Source of the DNA: Phyllobates terribilis
Taxonomy: Eukaryota
NCBI RefSeq assembly: GCF_046119375.1
Contig: NW_027362761.1
Location: forward strand, 980,902,001 to 980,966,000
Direction: 5' to 3'
Length of the DNA: 64,000 nt
Positions 62,201-64,000 of this stretch are shown one piece after another. The position numbers and the translations under genes are program-made. Within the stretch, counting starts at the first letter, position 1, and each line of letters starts with the position of its first letter. The notes below the pieces were generated by a model, which was not told where the DNA came from, made no database searches, and was given only the letters and a program-made list of their open reading frames with translations.

Positions 62201-63480
62201 TTAGCCAGGACTGCTTCTCGGCAGGGTTGGACTTTCCCACTGGAGAATCCTCTGGTGTGCCCTGGCATCTACCTCAGGAGAGTTCATGATAGCGCTAACT
62301 TTGCAGCTGCTATGGAACTCTTGAGCGGGGGAGAAAGGTGAGCCCTCAGATCAGAGGCAAATCCTCTGGTGGGCACAATGTTTTTCAATCTGAAACAGCT
62401 TCTCAGTGGGAGTTGTATTTCACCACAGTCATATTCTTTAGCTCGGTGAAAGGACTAGCATAGAGGGAAACCATATCTACTCCGGCTGTCATTTCTCCGT
62501 CACCAGGTTCCGTCGATTGTCACACACGACCATACCTGGCTGTATGTTCAGCGGTGAGAGCCACAGATCAGGCTGCTGTGTTACAGATTTCAACAGCTCT
62601 GCAGCGCTGGGCGGTTTGTCACCTAAGCATTAAGCGTGTTATCTTCAGCACAGCCTGTTGCTGCTTGGCCAAGGCAGTGCTGCAGTGCTGTCAGCTTGCG
62701 AATGATGTGGTCATTTCAGAGATGGAGGAGGAGGAGCAGGTGCTGAACAATGTGATTACATTGAGGTTACATTGGCGACGCTGTTTTTTATACTAAAGAA
62801 AGATCCTATTGTTTTGTTTTTTTACGTTCTTTTTTAAGACAAATGCATTCACCGGGAAATGTCATTTTAACATTTTACAACCTTATCTGGCAATGTGGTG
62901 TGTGACACATCATCCGACACATCCTGTTTCATTTATGATGGAGGGACTCTGAAAGTCAAAAAGCCTATTTTTATAGGGCCATCGGGCGGCCCTTACTATT
63001 GTTAGAGAGCCATCAGCCGGCTATGCTTTGTTGTTCCCATTATTAACAAGTGGGTCTCCTATACTGTTATTGCATATGCAGAAACTGCAAGGGCTGCCAA
63101 AAATTCGGACGCAACCAATTACCCCTTTGAAGAGACATAGAAGAGGGTCTCAGTAAAAAAAATGTTCCCATTATAAAGGAGCGGGTCTCCTATAGTGGTA
63201 ATGCCCATGCTGTGACTGAAAGGGCTGCCAAAATTTGGGAAAAACCCCACTAACAATTTAAAGACACATAGAGCAGAGCCACAGTAATGAGTACGACATG
63301 TTCCTATTAGAAAGGAGAGGGTCTGCTATACAGTTACAGGGTATGCAGTGAGTCCAACGGCTGACCAATTTTAGGAAAAATCCCACTTAAAATTTAAAGA
63401 CACATAGAGCAGGGCCACAGTAACGACAAATTCCCATTACAAAGGAGAGAGTCTCCCATAGTGTTGGTCTATGCAGTGAA
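59247..63480 (+). mobile_element. hAT-derived non-autonomous mosaic with repeated transposase fragments; the right end is not in the window
   Basis: TAGTGATGAGC left TIR; repeated LEMWPFRLVEAEAF..SVPSRHYFS..LTTNTW..GQG hAT transposase segments at ~60110, 60540, 60840 and 61640. Confidence 0.65.
62023..62152 (+). mobile_element. tRNA-derived V-SINE (Mermaid/DANA-like) 5' fragment
   Basis: A-box-like TGGATCAGTGG, B box GGTTCAAATCC (62077-87), V-domain TTTGTATGTTCTCCCCGTGTTTGCGTG. Confidence 0.75.
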
Positions 63481-63482
63481 TG

Positions 63483-64000
63483 TGTGACGCCTCTACTCGT
63501 AAAGCCCGTGTTTTACCCTGGGTGTTGGGGGACTCGGTGTCGGGCCCTGTTGGAGAGATGGGATGCAGCCGTGGCCCGGGCCCGACCCGTGCTCAGGGCC
63601 GTCACATTAGAAAGAGATGGTGTGGGCTTGTCTGGGTTGAGTTGCTGATTAACGACTACGCCACCTGTGGTGCCTGGTGAAGGGTCACCAGCGCCGCTAC
63701 AGTCCGCTGAGGCCAGGTGTCATGGCGACCAAAGTTCTCACTGCTCCCCACAGGCGGAGCAAGGCCTCAGGGCAGGCAAACAGGAAAGAGATGGGGTAGT
63801 AGTGCTGGGAGTACGGGCACCGCGTCGCATGGTATGGCGCGTAATGAACAGTCCAGAGGCCATAGGGGTGAACTTCCAAGGCTTTTACTCACTCAGAGAT
63901 GACAGCGGGAAGGCGACTCCCTGCTCCCCGCGGAGTCCTGCGGCCACCAGGGACGGGGGTCCGACTACCTCCGAGGAAGTCCAGTGTTCGGTAGCGACCC
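63483..64000. mobile_element. Probable LTR, cut by the window edge
   Basis: Abrupt shift to GC-rich sequence starting TGTGACGCC; no second terminus or TSD is visible. Confidence 0.45.

Overview
Eukaryotic, repeat-dense vertebrate DNA. The mix of TTAA/T2-type MITEs, Harbinger MITEs, DIRS, Tc1 and V-SINE points to an anuran (frog) genome; this is inference. The only host gene I can support is the first coding exon of a WWC/KIBRA-family Hippo-pathway scaffold, most like WWC2, on the minus strand (45469-45596) in a GC-rich promoter. I found no exon 2, so 1-45468 is probably intron 1 and 46000-64000 is upstream intergenic DNA. The rest is a layered transposon landscape: at least six Tc1 copies, a mariner-type remnant, a Rex1/Babar LINE with an open RT frame, a DIRS element with ITR/ICR, a Chapaev3-like remnant, a non-autonomous Helitron, a complete Gmr1-like (SCAN-gag, PR-INT-RT-RH) LTR retrotransposon, two solo LTRs, a CR1 LINE in a four-level nest, hAT-derived mosaics, many palindromic MITEs and several minisatellites. 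The most notable observation is a consensus-perfect type I hammerhead ribozyme (22826-22870, minus strand, so sense to the WWC pre-mRNA). It sits in a long extended stem I beside an octamer motif, an architecture like amphibian satellite-2/non-LTR retrozymes. A second, CpG-decayed minimal hammerhead lies at 18694-18737. Clustered TEAD (MCAT) motifs around WWC exon 1 suggest a YAP/TEAD feedback element. All identities and mismatch counts were made by eye, without database searches.
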